64,000 bases of DNA from Planctomycetota bacterium (GTDB lineage: Bacteria; Planctomycetota; Brocadiia; SM23-32). The stretch is taken from the NCBI GenBank assembly GCA_021161675.1, contig JAGHAF010000030.1, positions 9,376 through 73,375 on the forward strand, given 5' to 3'. Shown piece by piece: positions 28,276 to 39,368 of this stretch; within the stretch, counting starts at the first letter, position 1, and each line of letters opens with the position of its first letter. The notes below the pieces were generated by a model. That model saw only the letters and a program-made list of their open reading frames with translations. It had not been told where the DNA came from and searched no databases. A program made the position numbers and the translations under genes.

Positions 28276-31200
28276 ATGCCAAAAAGAACCGACATCGAGA
28301 AGATACTCCTCATCGGCTCCGGACCGATCGTGATCGGCCAGGCCTGCGAATTCGATTATTCCGGCGCGCAAGCATGTAAGGCGCTCATCGAAGAGGGCTA
28401 CCAGGTCACGCTGCTCAACTCGAACCCGGCCACCATCATGACCGATCCGGTCATGGCCCATCGGACCTACATCGAACCGATAACGGCCGGCGTGCTGGCC
28501 AAAGTCATCGAGCGGGAGCGCCCGGACGCGCTGCTGGCTACGCTGGGCGGTCAGACCGCGCTGAACGTGGCCGTCCAGGCCTCTGAGGCGGGCGTGCTCG
28601 ACCGGTTCGCCGTGGAGATGATCGGCGCCAACGAGACGGCGATCAAATGCGCGGAGGACAGGCGTAAGTTCCGCGCGGCCCTTGAGGAAATCGGCGTGGA
28701 GATGCCCCGCAGCCGGGCCGTTTACTCGGTCCAAGAGGCGCGCGAGGCGGCCAGGGAGATCGGCTTTCCGCTGATAATACGCCCCAGCTTCACACTGGGC
28801 GGCACGGGGGCGTCCGTAGCGTATAACGTGGGGGAGTTTCAGACCGCCGCCGCGCGGGGCCTCGACGCGAGCATGATAGGCGAGGCGCTCATCGAGGAAT
28901 CCGTGATCGGCTGGAAGGAATACGAACTGGAGGTCATGCGCGACCGCAAGGATAACGTCGTCATAATTTGCTCGATCGAGAACATCGACGCCATGGGCGT
29001 CCACACGGGCGATTCGGTCACCGTAGCGCCGGCTCAGACGCTGACGGACAAACAGTACCAGAACATGCGCGACGCCGCCCTAGCCATTATCCGCAAGGTG
29101 GGCGTCGAGACGGGCGGCTCCAACATCCAGTTCGCCGTGCACCCGGACACGGGGCGGATGGTCGCCATTGAGATGAACCCCCGCGTGTCCCGCTCCTCGG
29201 CGCTCGCCAGCAAGGCCACCGGCTTCCCCATCGCCAAGATAGCCGCCAAGCTGGCGGTCGGCTACACACTCGACGAAATCCCCAACGACATCACCAGGGA
29301 GACGCCTGCCTGCTTTGAGCCCACTATTGACTACTGCGTCGTGAAGCTTCCGCGCTTCGCCTTCGAGAAGTTCCCCGACGCCGACGACACCCTCACTGTG
29401 TCCATGAAATCGGTCGGCGAAGCAATGGCGATCGGCCGCACCTTCAAGGAAGCTCTCCAGAAGGGCCTGCGGTCCCTTGAGACCGGCCTGAGCGGCCTGG
29501 ACAGGAAATGCGAAGCCAAAGTTGTCCCGGAGGACCTCCTCCCCATGCTCGCGCGACCGAACCCCTTGCGCCTGTTCTACGTCAAGCACGCCCTGAAGAA
29601 CAACATGCCCATCCAGCAGATAGCCGATCTGACACGCATTGACCCCTGGTTCCTTAACAACATCCGCCAGATCGTAGAGATGGAGCGGGAGCTCGGGTCC
29701 CTGAGCCCGGAGGAGTTACTCTCTGAGGAGTTCCTGCGAAAGGCAAAACGGACGGGCTTCTCCGACCGGCAGATCGCCGACCTCGGCGGCATGGACCCGG
29801 CGAAAGTCCGCCGCCGCAGAACCGACGTGGCAGTGCGCCCCGTCTACAGACTCGTTGACACCTGCGCAGCCGAGTTCGAGGCTTACACACCTTACTTCTA
29901 CTCCACCTACGAGTCCGAAGACGAAGCCCGGCCCGGCGCCAGAGAACGAGTCGTCATCATCGGCAGCGGCCCCAACCGAATCGGACAGGGCATCGAATTC
30001 GACTACTGCTGCGTCCACGCCGCGCTGGCCGCCCGCGAGGACGGTTACGATAGCATAATGATCAACTCCAACCCCGAAACGGTCTCCACGGACTACGACA
30101 CGGCCAACCGGCTCTACTTCGAGCCGCTCACCGCTGAGGACGTGCTGAACATCGTCGAGGCCGAGAAGCCCTACGGCGTGATACTCCAGTTCGGCGGCCA
30201 GACTCCGCTGAACATCTCAGCCGAGCTCGAGGCCAACGGCGTCCCTCTGCTGGGCACAAGCCCCCGGAGCATAGACCTGGCCGAAGACCGCGAACATTTC
30301 AGCCAGATTCTGCGCGAACTGGGCCTCAAACAGGCCCCCAGCGGCATTGCCACCACCTATGAAGCAGCATTGCAGCTTGCCAGGCGGATAGGCTACCCAG
30401 TGCTTGTGCGCCCCAGCTACGTATTGGGCGGACGGGCAATGGAGATCGTCTACGACGCCCAGGAACTGAAGCGCTTCATGCGCGAGGCCCTGAAGGCGTC
30501 CCCTGAGGGGTCCGTTCTGGTGGACAAGTTCCTGGAAGACGCCATCGAGGTTGACGTGGACGCCATAAGCGACGGACATCGCACCGTAATAGGCGCCATA
30601 ATGGAGCACATCGAGCAGGCAGGCGTTCACTCCGGCGACAGCGCGTGCGTCATCCCGCCGCAGACGCTCTCGCGACAGTTGCAGGACGAGATCGCCCGCC
30701 AGACAAGAGAACTTTCCAGCGCTCTCGATATCGTCGGCCTCATGAACATCCAGTTCGCCGTTCAGCAGGGCGAGGTATACGTCCTGGAGCTGAACCCGCG
30801 CGCCTCACGCACCATCCCATTCGTCTCGAAGGCCACCGGCGTGCCGCTGGCCAGGCTGGCGACAAAGGTGATGCTCGGCCGTTCCCTGGAGGAACTCGGA
30901 CTGACCGAGGAAGTCCGAATCAAGCACGTAGCCGTCAAGGAGGCCGTGTTCCCGTTCACCCGCTTCACCGGTATAGACACGCAGCTCGGCCCCGAGATGA
31001 AGTCCACGGGCGAGGTGATGGGCATCGCGGACGACTTTGGCATGGCGTTCGCCAAGGCACAGCTCGCGGCCGGACAGGACCTGTTGAAGGAAGGAGCGGT
31101 TTTCTTCAGCCTGTGCCAGCGGGATAAGACGTCTCTGTCCGCCGGTGTGGCTCGAAAGTTCTCGCAGATGGGGTTCGAGCTGGTAGCCACCGAGGGCACC

Positions 31201-31530
31201 GCCGCATTCTTGCGCGCTAGCGACATCCCCTGCCAACGCATAAACAAGGTGCGCGAAGGCAGGCCCCACGTGGTGGACGCAATGATCAACGGCGAGATCG
31301 GCCTGGTGATAAACACCCCAAGCGGCAAGAACCCGCGCCAGGACGAGATCGCCATACGCAGCACTGCCTGGGCGCGCAGGGTTCCCATCATCACCACCAT
31401 CCAGGGCGCGGTGGCCGCAGCGGAGGCCATCGCGGGGCTCAAGGAGCACTACCTCACCGTCAAGACCCTCCAGGAGTACATCATCGAAACCCACGGTGAA
31501 GCGCCGACGCCGCACGGAGCTCGTGTGTGA
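28276..31530 (+). CDS. carB: carbamoyl-phosphate synthase large subunit
   Basis: 1084 aa, duplicated ATP-grasp halves, MGS-like C-terminus. Confidence 0.95.
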   Translation: MPKRTDIEKILLIGSGPIVIGQACEFDYSGAQACKALIEEGYQVTLLNSNPATIMTDPVMAHRTYIEPITAGVLAKVIERERPDALLATLGGQTALNVAVQASEAGVLDRFAVEMIGANETAIKCAEDRRKFRAALEEIGVEMPRSRAVYSVQEAREAAREIGFPLIIRPSFTLGGTGASVAYNVGEFQTAAARGLDASMIGEALIEESVIGWKEYELEVMRDRKDNVVIICSIENIDAMGVHTGDSVTVAPAQTLTDKQYQNMRDAALAIIRKVGVETGGSNIQFAVHPDTGRMVAIEMNPRVSRSSALASKATGFPIAKIAAKLAVGYTLDEIPNDITRETPACFEPTIDYCVVKLPRFAFEKFPDADDTLTVSMKSVGEAMAIGRTFKEALQKGLRSLETGLSGLDRKCEAKVVPEDLLPMLARPNPLRLFYVKHALKNNMPIQQIADLTRIDPWFLNNIRQIVEMERELGSLSPEELLSEEFLRKAKRTGFSDRQIADLGGMDPAKVRRRRTDVAVRPVYRLVDTCAAEFEAYTPYFYSTYESEDEARPGARERVVIIGSGPNRIGQGIEFDYCCVHAALAAREDGYDSIMINSNPETVSTDYDTANRLYFEPLTAEDVLNIVEAEKPYGVILQFGGQTPLNISAELEANGVPLLGTSPRSIDLAEDREHFSQILRELGLKQAPSGIATTYEAALQLARRIGYPVLVRPSYVLGGRAMEIVYDAQELKRFMREALKASPEGSVLVDKFLEDAIEVDVDAISDGHRTVIGAIMEHIEQAGVHSGDSACVIPPQTLSRQLQDEIARQTRELSSALDIVGLMNIQFAVQQGEVYVLELNPRASRTIPFVSKATGVPLARLATKVMLGRSLEELGLTEEVRIKHVAVKEAVFPFTRFTGIDTQLGPEMKSTGEVMGIADDFGMAFAKAQLAAGQDLLKEGAVFFSLCQRDKTSLSAGVARKFSQMGFELVATEGTAAFLRASDIPCQRINKVREGRPHVVDAMINGEIGLVINTPSGKNPRQDEIAIRSTAWARRVPIITTIQGAVAAAEAIAGLKEHYLTVKTLQEYIIETHGEAPTPHGARV

Positions 31531-31554
31531 CTTTCGCTATCCCCCTCCCCCCCG

Positions 31555-31583
31555 TTGACAGAATTGCTCCGATCCCATAGAAT
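31555..31583 (+). promoter_or_regulatory. candidate sigma-70 promoter TTGACA-17 nt-TAGAAT upstream of the arsR operon, followed by an AT-rich candidate operator (ATATCTAAATATATGAATA)
   Basis: Near-consensus hexamers at 31555..31560 and 31578..31583 with 17-nt spacing, about 100 nt before the arsR ATG, in a GC-rich genome. Confidence 0.45.
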
Positions 31584-31681
31584 ATCTAAATATATGAATA
31601 CTTCGATGATTCAAGAAACGCCCGCACTACGAAGCGCATTGCTGCCGTGAGCGCGAACACGCTTATGATGGGAGGCTTTGT

Positions 31682-31972
31682 ATGAGCGATGTTGAGCAAT
31701 ACTCCACAGTGTTCAAGGCGTTGTCGGCGCCCGTTCGGCTGCGCCTGCTGGGTATCCTGCCTGGAGACGACCGGGAAGGCGCCCTCTCCGTCTGCAATCT
31801 GGCCGAGAAACTGGGCATCTCCCAGCCTTGCCTGTCACACCACCTTAACATCCTGAGGTGCGCCGGCCTGGTGCGTTTCAAAAAGGACGGTTGCAGCACC
31901 TTCTATTTCGTAGACCGCAGCTACGTGGAGAGGCAGCTCGCCGGTTTCCGCAAGTGGATGGTGGAGCGATGA
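31682..31972 (+). CDS. ArsR/SmtB-family transcriptional regulator
   Basis: 96 aa, winged HTH (LSAPVRLRLLGIL...CNLAEKLGISQPCLSHHLNILRCAGLV). Confidence 0.75.
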   Translation: MSDVEQYSTVFKALSAPVRLRLLGILPGDDREGALSVCNLAEKLGISQPCLSHHLNILRCAGLVRFKKDGCSTFYFVDRSYVERQLAGFRKWMVER

Positions 31973-32925
31973 AGATCGCATTGATTTACGACGAGCCCTC
32001 CCCGCAGGGAGAAGGCGCCTGGGTGGAAGCGGAGTACGAGTCCCCCCGCACTATTGAGGCGCTGCTGGCGGCCATCGGCGCACACTGTGAGGAGGCGGTG
32101 CGCGTCCCGTTCGGTCCAGACCTGATCGAAAGGCTGCGGGCGGAAGGGCCGGACCTGGCTTTCAATATCGTCGAAGGCCGCGACGGGCCTTCGCGAGAGT
32201 CCATCGCGCCTGCCGTACTGGACTTTCTCGGGATACCCTACACAGGTTCCGACGGGGTTGCTCTCGGGATTTCGCTGAATAAGGCGCTGACCAAGCGCCT
32301 GGCATCCCAGCTCGGAATCCCGACTCCGGCGTTCTTTCTGGTTCACTCCGCACAGGAGGCCGTAGAGCGGGCCGCCGGGCTTGAATATCCAGTCCTGGTC
32401 AAGCCCAATTTCGGTGGTTCGAGCGTCGGGATTGGGCCGGAGAGCATCGTGCGATGCCCGGAGGCCCTTGCGCAAGTCGTCGAACGCGAACTCGCCCGTT
32501 ATAGTCAGCCCTGTCTGGTAGAGGCCTACGTAGAAGGCGAAGACCTTACGCTGGGCCTGCTCGGAAGCGATGATCTGGAAGCGCTGCCTGCCGGTAAGGT
32601 GATAACGCCCGGGGGAATCTACTCGGAGCTGGCGAAGAAGACGCACGAACGAGAAATCCTCTGTCCCTACGACGTCCCCCAGGAAGTCGAGGGAAAGCTG
32701 AGAGACTGGTCAGTGAAAATATTCCGGGCGATCGGCGCCCGCGACTTCGCCCGCGCGGACTACGTGCTGGGCGCCGATGGTCAACCGTGGTTTCTGGAGA
32801 TCAACCCCCTGCCGGGCCTGAGCCCCTACTATGGAGTGTTGCCCGTACTGGCCCAGGCCGCGGGATACACTCATTCGCAACTGATTGGGAGGATAATCAG
32901 CATTGTCCAGCAACGCCTTGCTTGA
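31969..32925 (+). CDS. ATP-grasp ligase of the D-alanine--D-alanine ligase family
   Basis: Start MKIALIYDE overlaps the arsR stop (ATGA). Ddl-like N-domain, ATP-grasp central domain (YPVLVKPNFGGSSVGI, FLEINPLPGL). Confidence 0.7.
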   Translation: MKIALIYDEPSPQGEGAWVEAEYESPRTIEALLAAIGAHCEEAVRVPFGPDLIERLRAEGPDLAFNIVEGRDGPSRESIAPAVLDFLGIPYTGSDGVALGISLNKALTKRLASQLGIPTPAFFLVHSAQEAVERAAGLEYPVLVKPNFGGSSVGIGPESIVRCPEALAQVVERELARYSQPCLVEAYVEGEDLTLGLLGSDDLEALPAGKVITPGGIYSELAKKTHEREILCPYDVPQEVEGKLRDWSVKIFRAIGARDFARADYVLGADGQPWFLEINPLPGLSPYYGVLPVLAQAAGYTHSQLIGRIISIVQQRLA

Positions 32926-34000
32926 CGGAGATAAGAGAACGGCCGCCGACTGGCGAGAAGAGCTGCAGAGCAGTGTTCGCACCCTTGAGCAGCTTGAGAA
33001 GTTCATCAACCTAACGCCGGAGGAACGCGAGGGGATAGAACAATGCCAGGGCGTCTTCAACTGGGGCATCAGCCCATACTATGCTTCGCTGATGGACCGG
33101 GACGACCCGGGCTGTCCCATTCGGCGTCAGGTGGTGCCGCGGATCGAGGAACTGCACGACCCGATCGGCGTCTGGGACCCGCTCAGAGAGCAGGATCACT
33201 CGCCTGTCGAGAACCTCATCCATGTCTATGAGGATCGGGTGGCCTTCTGCGTCAGCTCCCTCTGTCCGACGTTCTGCAGATTCTGTCTGCGCAAGCGGAT
33301 GGTGGACACGCTGGGCTGTCCGATCTCCGAAGACAACTTCGAAGAGGGCCTGGATTACATCCGTCGCACGCCGGCCATCCGCGACGTCCTGCTGACCGGT
33401 GGGGACCCTCTCCTGATGGAGGACGAACGGATCGAACGGATCGTAGCCAGGGTCCACGAGATACCTCACGTGGAACTGGTGCGCATCGGCAGCCGCTCCC
33501 CCTGCACGCTGCCCTCGCGCATAACGGAGGAACTGTGCGAGCGGCTTGCGCGACATCAGCCGTTCTGGATCAACACGCATTTCAATCACCCGAAGGAACT
33601 CACGCCGCAGGCCGTGGCCGCCTGCGGGCGGATCGTGGACCACGGCATCCCGTTGGGCAACCAGACCGTGCTGCTGAAGGGTATCAACGACGACGCGCGT
33701 ATCCTCAAGGAACTGGGTGAGCGCCTCGTCGCGGCGCGCGTGAGGCCGTACTACGTCTACCAGTGCCAGGTCCTTCAAGGAACGCATCACTTCCGCGTGC
33801 AAATCGAGGCAGGAGTGCGGATGATGCGAGACCTGCGCGGCAGGACGAGCGGCTTCGCAATACCACAGTACGTGCTTGACACCCCCTACGGGAAGGTCCC
33901 GCTCAATTATCAGTACATACGCGGCCGGGAAGGCAACGAGGTCATCCTGGAAACATTCTCGGGAAAGATATGGCGCGAACCGAACCCACAGTCATCGTGA
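32903..34000 (+). CDS. KamA-family radical SAM aminomutase (lysine 2,3-aminomutase-like)
   Basis: CPTFCRFCLRKRM (CxxxCxxC with the aminomutase context) plus PLP-binding region. 365 aa. Confidence 0.8.
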   Translation: MSSNALLDGDKRTAADWREELQSSVRTLEQLEKFINLTPEEREGIEQCQGVFNWGISPYYASLMDRDDPGCPIRRQVVPRIEELHDPIGVWDPLREQDHSPVENLIHVYEDRVAFCVSSLCPTFCRFCLRKRMVDTLGCPISEDNFEEGLDYIRRTPAIRDVLLTGGDPLLMEDERIERIVARVHEIPHVELVRIGSRSPCTLPSRITEELCERLARHQPFWINTHFNHPKELTPQAVAACGRIVDHGIPLGNQTVLLKGINDDARILKELGERLVAARVRPYYVYQCQVLQGTHHFRVQIEAGVRMMRDLRGRTSGFAIPQYVLDTPYGKVPLNYQYIRGREGNEVILETFSGKIWREPNPQSS

Positions 34001-35808
34001 TATGCCTGGGCAACCCGGGCGAGCGATTCGCCGGCAGCCGCCACAACGCCGGCTTTATTCTCGCCGATCACCTCGCCCAACGGAGGCAGTTCGGGCCCTT
34101 TCAGCCACTGGAAGGGACCGAGGCACTCGCCGCCGAAGGGACGCTTGCCAACATGCGCACCCTGCTGGTCAAGCCGACCACGGCAATGAATGACTGCGGC
34201 CGCGTAGTGTCCCCCCTCGCAAGGGACTACTCGTTCGACGAACACCTCTGGGTCGTCATCCATGACGACCTGGACCTGCCGCTGGGCAGCGTCAAAGGAC
34301 GTCAGAAAGGCGGCCATGGAGGCCATAACGGGGTGCGCTCTCTCCTGGAGGCCGCCGGCCGGCGGGACCTGGCGCGCGTGAAGCTGGGCGTGAGTTCTCG
34401 GCGGAAGGCCGACTACGAATCGGTAGCCGATTTCCTGCTCTCGAAATTCCACCCGGAGGAACTCCGCAGCCTACAGGAGGTCTTCCCTGACGCGGAGAAG
34501 GTATTGACGGATCAGATAAACTCCTTCGTGGTCGCCGCCACCGGACGAGACCGCCTCCAGGAGACTGCCCGGCGCTATCGCAAGGGCGCACTGGAAGAGG
34601 CGCGCACGGCCCTCGACGGGATTCCTGCGAGCTCACCATATCCCGTTATACTGCGTGGGCGCCAGATGCGCCGCGCCTTCGACGTCGTCACGGCGCTGGC
34701 AAAGCTGCTGAGAAAAGCCAGAGCGCTCGCCGCCAAGAACGGAGGGTTCAGGCGGCGCCTGGTCGAGTTTATACCGGACGAGCTGCGTCCGTTGCTGCCA
34801 CCATGCAACGGCTCGCAGCGGCTGTTCTTCGCAGCAGACCTCCACATTCTCGGGCAACGCTTGAAGGTCATAGAGCTTAACTGCGCCGTCGGCTACGGCC
34901 ATTATGCGGCGCTGGCTGACGAGGCGCTGTTCCCCATCGTGCGCCGGATAGCTGGCGAAGCTGAGCGGCCCAATGAATGGAACTTTGCCGCCTTCCTTCA
35001 CCGCCATGGGCTCAGGCCGTTGCACGAGTCCGGCGCCGGGGGCATTGCGTTCCTGCGTGGGTTCGGCGGCGAGGACATGTTCAACGTGGACGAGCTGGAG
35101 GGCGTGGCGAGGCGTATCGAGCGAGATACGGGCCTGCACGTGCCGCTGTGTCACGAGCGCGACCTGGCGCTGCGTAAAGACGGCCTCTACCTGGGCGGAA
35201 CCGGCCGAGTGGACCTGCTCTACGTGGAGGAGAACCTCTCGGAGTGGCCGGGCCCGGCCGACGACTCGCCGGTCCGGCGGGCCGTTGAGAGCGGCCTCGT
35301 GAGGACGTTTCCTGAGTTGGAGATGTTCCTTTACACCAGCAAGGGTTTTCTGTCTCTGCTCGCCGACCCCGAAGTGCAGGACATGCTTGGGCCCGACGAG
35401 GCGGAGCAGAAGGTTCTGCGCGAGAACATCCTCTGGTCGCACCCCCTTGACCGACACATCGAGCCAGCGGCCTACTACATGCTGGAGCAGGGGCTGCGAG
35501 TAGTGGTCAAGGACGCCCTGGGCGGGGGCGGCCGCGGGGTGACGGTGCTGCGGCCGGGCTCCTCCTCGCAACAGGCCGGGCACATCCTTCGCCGCCGTAT
35601 GGTGGAGGGTCGAAGCATCGTGCAGGGCTACTTCGAGGCCGGACGCTGGGCGGAAGATGACGACCTCAGGTTCGACGTTCGCGTGCTGTGCGCCGCCCAC
35701 GAGGGCGACATCACGATAGGACCGGTCTACGGGCGCATCTTCCGAGGGGCCAAGCTCAGCCTCTCCGGGCCCGACGCCGGCGTGGCGCCGGTTTATGCGC
35801 TCAGATAG
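33970..35808 (+). CDS. peptidyl-tRNA hydrolase (Pth) domain fused to a ~420-aa C-terminal domain of unknown function with ATP-grasp-like features
   Basis: N-terminal ~190 aa match the Pth family (TVIVICLGNPGERFAGSRHNAGF...HDDLDLPLGSVK...GGHGGHNGVRS). The C-terminal 420 aa lack Pth similarity and carry Gly-rich KDALGGGGRGVTV and FDVRVL motifs. One uninterrupted 612-codon frame. Confidence 0.6.
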   Translation: MARTEPTVIVICLGNPGERFAGSRHNAGFILADHLAQRRQFGPFQPLEGTEALAAEGTLANMRTLLVKPTTAMNDCGRVVSPLARDYSFDEHLWVVIHDDLDLPLGSVKGRQKGGHGGHNGVRSLLEAAGRRDLARVKLGVSSRRKADYESVADFLLSKFHPEELRSLQEVFPDAEKVLTDQINSFVVAATGRDRLQETARRYRKGALEEARTALDGIPASSPYPVILRGRQMRRAFDVVTALAKLLRKARALAAKNGGFRRRLVEFIPDELRPLLPPCNGSQRLFFAADLHILGQRLKVIELNCAVGYGHYAALADEALFPIVRRIAGEAERPNEWNFAAFLHRHGLRPLHESGAGGIAFLRGFGGEDMFNVDELEGVARRIERDTGLHVPLCHERDLALRKDGLYLGGTGRVDLLYVEENLSEWPGPADDSPVRRAVESGLVRTFPELEMFLYTSKGFLSLLADPEVQDMLGPDEAEQKVLRENILWSHPLDRHIEPAAYYMLEQGLRVVVKDALGGGGRGVTVLRPGSSSQQAGHILRRRMVEGRSIVQGYFEAGRWAEDDDLRFDVRVLCAAHEGDITIGPVYGRIFRGAKLSLSGPDAGVAPVYALR

Positions 35809-35834
35809 CCAGACAGCGGAACTCAAGGTGCGCT

Positions 35835-36443
35835 CTACTTGGGGGCCGCCTCCCTCGCTTCAAGCACGGAGACGGCCGTCGCAGCGAAAAGGTTCGCAGC
35901 AAACGCCGGCGCCGGCTTGTAGGCGGGCGTAAAATAGCGACTGTTCACGATGCGCATCCCGTTCTCCCGGCAGAAGCGCCGGAAATCCTTAACCGTCAGC
36001 ACACGAAGGTTCGGCGTGTCGTGCCACCTGTAAGGCAACGTCTTCGTGATCGGGGCGCGGCCCCCGAATAGCAGTTGCAGGCGGATGCGCCAGTGTCCGA
36101 AGTTCGGATAACTGATAATCGAACGCCGGCCCACGCGCAGCATCTCACGCGCCACTTGCGCCGGATTCAGAGCTTGCTGGAGGGTCTGGCTCAGGATAAC
36201 GCAGTCGAAGCTTCCGTCCCGGAACATGCTCATCCCTTCCAGCATGTCCCCGTGGTAGACGGGCACGCCCCGGCGTATGCACTCCCTGACCGCCTGCTCA
36301 TTGATCTCTATGCCACGCGCCTCAACCCCCTTGTCGCGGATTAGACGTTGCAGTAAGGCGCCGTCGCCGCAGCCGAGGTCGAGGACCCTGGCGCCTTGCG
36401 GGATATGCGCCTCGATGTATTCGTAGTCAATGCGAACGCCCAT
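35835..36443 (-). CDS. metW: methionine biosynthesis protein MetW (class I SAM-dependent methyltransferase fold)
   Basis: VLDLGCGDGALL motif, ~200 aa, immediately downstream of metX. Confidence 0.75.
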   Translation of the reverse strand: MGVRIDYEYIEAHIPQGARVLDLGCGDGALLQRLIRDKGVEARGIEINEQAVRECIRRGVPVYHGDMLEGMSMFRDGSFDCVILSQTLQQALNPAQVAREMLRVGRRSIISYPNFGHWRIRLQLLFGGRAPITKTLPYRWHDTPNLRVLTVKDFRRFCRENGMRIVNSRYFTPAYKPAPAFAANLFAATAVSVLEAREAAPK

Positions 36444-37618
36444 TAGCCGGTCGCCTCCTGTGCGTTCGCAAGAAAACTACGAATCACGTCCTCAAGCCCG
36501 GGATTCTCGAGCAAGAAAATATCGTGCCCGTATGGCGACTCCAGCTCGCAGAAGCTGACACGGACGCCATTTGCCTGCAGGGCGCGCACCAACTCGCGGG
36601 ATTGGTAAGTCGGAAATAGCCAGTCGCCGGTGAAGGAGACCACCAGGAAACGGCTCTTTACGCCGCGGAAGGCTTCGACGGCGCCGCCCAAATCGCTCGC
36701 CAGGTCGAAGTAATCCATCGCCTTTGTGATGTAGAGGTAGCTGTTGGCGTCGAAGCGTCCTACGAACTTGCCCCCCTGGTGGCGAAGGTAGCTTTCGACC
36801 TGAAAATCCGGCGGCCCGAAATCGTATCCAACGTCCTCCCTGTCCTGGAGGCGGCGACCGAACTTCTCGTGCATGGACTGATCGCTCAGGTAAGTGATAT
36901 GCCCGATCATGCGTGCCACGGCGAGCCCGCGTGCGGGCGGATTGCCACTGTAGTAGTCGCCGCCGTTCCAGTTCGGGTCGGCGTAGATAGCCTGCCGGCC
37001 TACTTCGTCGAAGGCGATCGCCTGGGCGCTGAGCCTGGTGGCGGTGGCAATTGGCACGACGCAGCGCACGATGTCCGGATAGTCGATCGCCCAGCGAAGC
37101 GCCTGCATCCCGCCGAATGAGCCGCCGATCACGCATAAGAGCTGGTCCAGCTCGAGATGCCGGCTCACGAGCGCGTGCTGCACCTTCACCATGTCTTCCA
37201 CCGTGACCATGGGAAAGTCCAGGCCGAAAGGCTCTCCCGTTTTGGGATTGACGGAAGACGGGCCGGTGCTCCCCTTACAGGCGCCGATGATGTTCGAGCA
37301 GATCACGAAGTACTTGCGGGTGTCTATGGGCTTGCCCGGGCCGACCATGATGTCCCACCAGCCGGGCTCCGGATCGTCTGGCGAGTACCTGCCGCACACG
37401 TGCGCGTCGCCTGAAAGCGCGTGGCATATCAAGATGGCGTTGTCGCGCTCGGGCGAGAGCGTCCCGCAGGTCTCGTAGGCCACGGTGATCGGGCCGAGCT
37501 TCGCGCCGCAACGCAGGGGCAGTTCGTTCGGCGGCTCCGCGAACTGCCAGTGCTTGGTCTCAACTATGTCGAACGATTGCTCGTCGTTCATTGCCGCTAC
37601 CCGCTCAGAGCCTGGCAC
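36443..37618 (-). CDS. metX: homoserine O-acetyltransferase MetX
   Basis: alpha/beta hydrolase with [10 protein letters not shown] nucleophile elbow, 391 aa. Confidence 0.85.
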   Translation of the reverse strand: MPGSERVAAMNDEQSFDIVETKHWQFAEPPNELPLRCGAKLGPITVAYETCGTLSPERDNAILICHALSGDAHVCGRYSPDDPEPGWWDIMVGPGKPIDTRKYFVICSNIIGACKGSTGPSSVNPKTGEPFGLDFPMVTVEDMVKVQHALVSRHLELDQLLCVIGGSFGGMQALRWAIDYPDIVRCVVPIATATRLSAQAIAFDEVGRQAIYADPNWNGGDYYSGNPPARGLAVARMIGHITYLSDQSMHEKFGRRLQDREDVGYDFGPPDFQVESYLRHQGGKFVGRFDANSYLYITKAMDYFDLASDLGGAVEAFRGVKSRFLVVSFTGDWLFPTYQSRELVRALQANGVRVSFCELESPYGHDIFLLENPGLEDVIRSFLANAQEATG

Positions 37619-38883
37619 AGGTCTTCTTTGATGTCTTCGATGTCCTCGATCCCGACCGAAAGGCGGATGAAGTCCTCGGTAACGCCCGTCTGCAACAGTT
37701 CCTCTGCGCTGAGTTGCTGGTGCGTCGTGCTGGCGGGATGAATGGCGAGCGTGCGGGCGTCGCCGATGTTGGCCAGGTGGCTTATCAGCCGGAGTCCGTC
37801 AATGAACTTCTTGCCGGCCTCCCGGCCGCCCTTGACTCCGAACCCGACCATGCCGCCGAAGCCGCCAGAGAGATAGCGGGTCGCCAGTTCATACGCCGGG
37901 TGATCCGGCAGGCCGGGGTAGTTCACCCAGCTCACCTTGGGATGCTCCTGCAGGAACCGGACGACTTCGAGAGCGTTCTCACAGTGTCTCGGCATGCGCA
38001 CGTGCAGCGTCTCGATGCCCTGGAGGATGAGAAAAGCGTTCATCGGGCTGATGCAGCCGCCCAGGTCCCGCAGCATCCGCACGCGGAGCCGGGCGACGTA
38101 CGCCGCTTCGCCGAAGGTTTCGAGGAAGCGCAGCCCATGGTAGGCGGGATCGGGCTCCAGCATCTCCGGGAACCGTCCGCTTCCGGCCCAATCGAACCCG
38201 CCTCCCCCGGCAATGAGTCCGCCGATGCTGTTGCCATGACCGCCCAGGTACTTGGTAAGCGAGTGCACGACAATGTCCGCCCCGTGCTCCAGAGGGCGGC
38301 ACAGATAGGGCGTCGCCATCGTATTGTCCACCATCACTGGTATTCCCTGTGCGTGTGCGACCTGGCAAATGGCCTGGAAATCAGGCACCGTCAGGCGCGG
38401 GTTCCCGATCGTCTCCAGAAAGATGAGCCTGGTGCGATCGGTGATGGCCGCCTCGAACTCGCGAGGGTCGTCCGTGTCGGTGAAGACGACGTCAATACCC
38501 ATCTTCTGCGGGAAGGTCTGGCTGAAGAGTGTGTACGTGCCTCCGTAGAGGCCGCTGGAGGAGACGATCTGGTCGCCCTTTCCAAGGATGGCCAGGCAGG
38601 CCGCGTTGGTTGCGCTCATCCCGCTGGAGAACGCCACGGCGCCGACTGCGCCCTCGAGCATCGCCACCCGCTTCTCCAGAACGTCCGTGGTGGGATTCAT
38701 GATGCGGGTGTAGATGTAGCCCGGCTCTTCCAGAGCGAAGAGCCGGGCGGCGTGGTCGCTGTTCTCGAAGACGTAGGAGGTGGTCTGGTAAATGGGGACG
38801 GCACGGGCATGTGTGTCGCTGTCCGGCACGTGCCCCCCGAGCAAGCAGGCAGTAGCGAACTTCAGTTCAGGCTTCTCGTTCAT
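37597..38883 (-). CDS. metY: O-acetylhomoserine aminocarboxypropyltransferase (sulfhydrylase) MetY
   Basis: PLP Cys/Met-metabolism family, 428 aa, [10 protein letters not shown] lysine motif. Confidence 0.85.
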   Translation of the reverse strand: MNEKPELKFATACLLGGHVPDSDTHARAVPIYQTTSYVFENSDHAARLFALEEPGYIYTRIMNPTTDVLEKRVAMLEGAVGAVAFSSGMSATNAACLAILGKGDQIVSSSGLYGGTYTLFSQTFPQKMGIDVVFTDTDDPREFEAAITDRTRLIFLETIGNPRLTVPDFQAICQVAHAQGIPVMVDNTMATPYLCRPLEHGADIVVHSLTKYLGGHGNSIGGLIAGGGGFDWAGSGRFPEMLEPDPAYHGLRFLETFGEAAYVARLRVRMLRDLGGCISPMNAFLILQGIETLHVRMPRHCENALEVVRFLQEHPKVSWVNYPGLPDHPAYELATRYLSGGFGGMVGFGVKGGREAGKKFIDGLRLISHLANIGDARTLAIHPASTTHQQLSAEELLQTGVTEDFIRLSVGIEDIEDIKEDLCQALSG

Positions 38884-38923
38884 CTCGTTCTCCCTGGTGC
38901 AAAAGGTGAAGGTGTACCAAGGG

Positions 38924-39313
38924 TTACGTCTTCCGGCCTACCTTCTCGCGGTAGTCCAGAACAGCGGCCTGAAGGGCCTCTTCCGCAAGGACGGAGCAAT
39001 GCCGCTTCCGGGCGGGCAGTCCGCCGAGCGCCTCGGTGACCGCCCTATTCGAGATTTCCAGCGCTTCCTCGACGGTTTTGCCCTTCACCATTTCCGTCAC
39101 GATGCTGCTGCTGGCGATAGCTGCCGCGCAGCCAAACGTCTGAAACTTCGCGTCCACGATGCGGCCGTCCTCCACCTTGATGAACAACTTCATAATGTCC
39201 CCACACACCGGGTTGCCCACCAGCCCCACGCCGTCCGCATTATCAATGACACCAATGTTGCGCGGATTCGTGAAGTAATCCATCACTTTCTCGCTGTAGC
39301 CATCCAACGCCAT
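38924..39313 (-). CDS. NifU/IscU-type Fe-S cluster assembly scaffold
   Basis: 129 aa with [16 protein letters not shown] and a third Cys spaced as in IscU scaffolds. Confidence 0.8.
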   Translation of the reverse strand: MALDGYSEKVMDYFTNPRNIGVIDNADGVGLVGNPVCGDIMKLFIKVEDGRIVDAKFQTFGCAAAIASSSIVTEMVKGKTVEEALEISNRAVTEALGGLPARKRHCSVLAEEALQAAVLDYREKVGRKT

Positions 39314-39368
39314 GATTCTACTCGATTCTGAAGCCCTGAGTGTAAATGTTCATCCTCTGGCCGAATGC

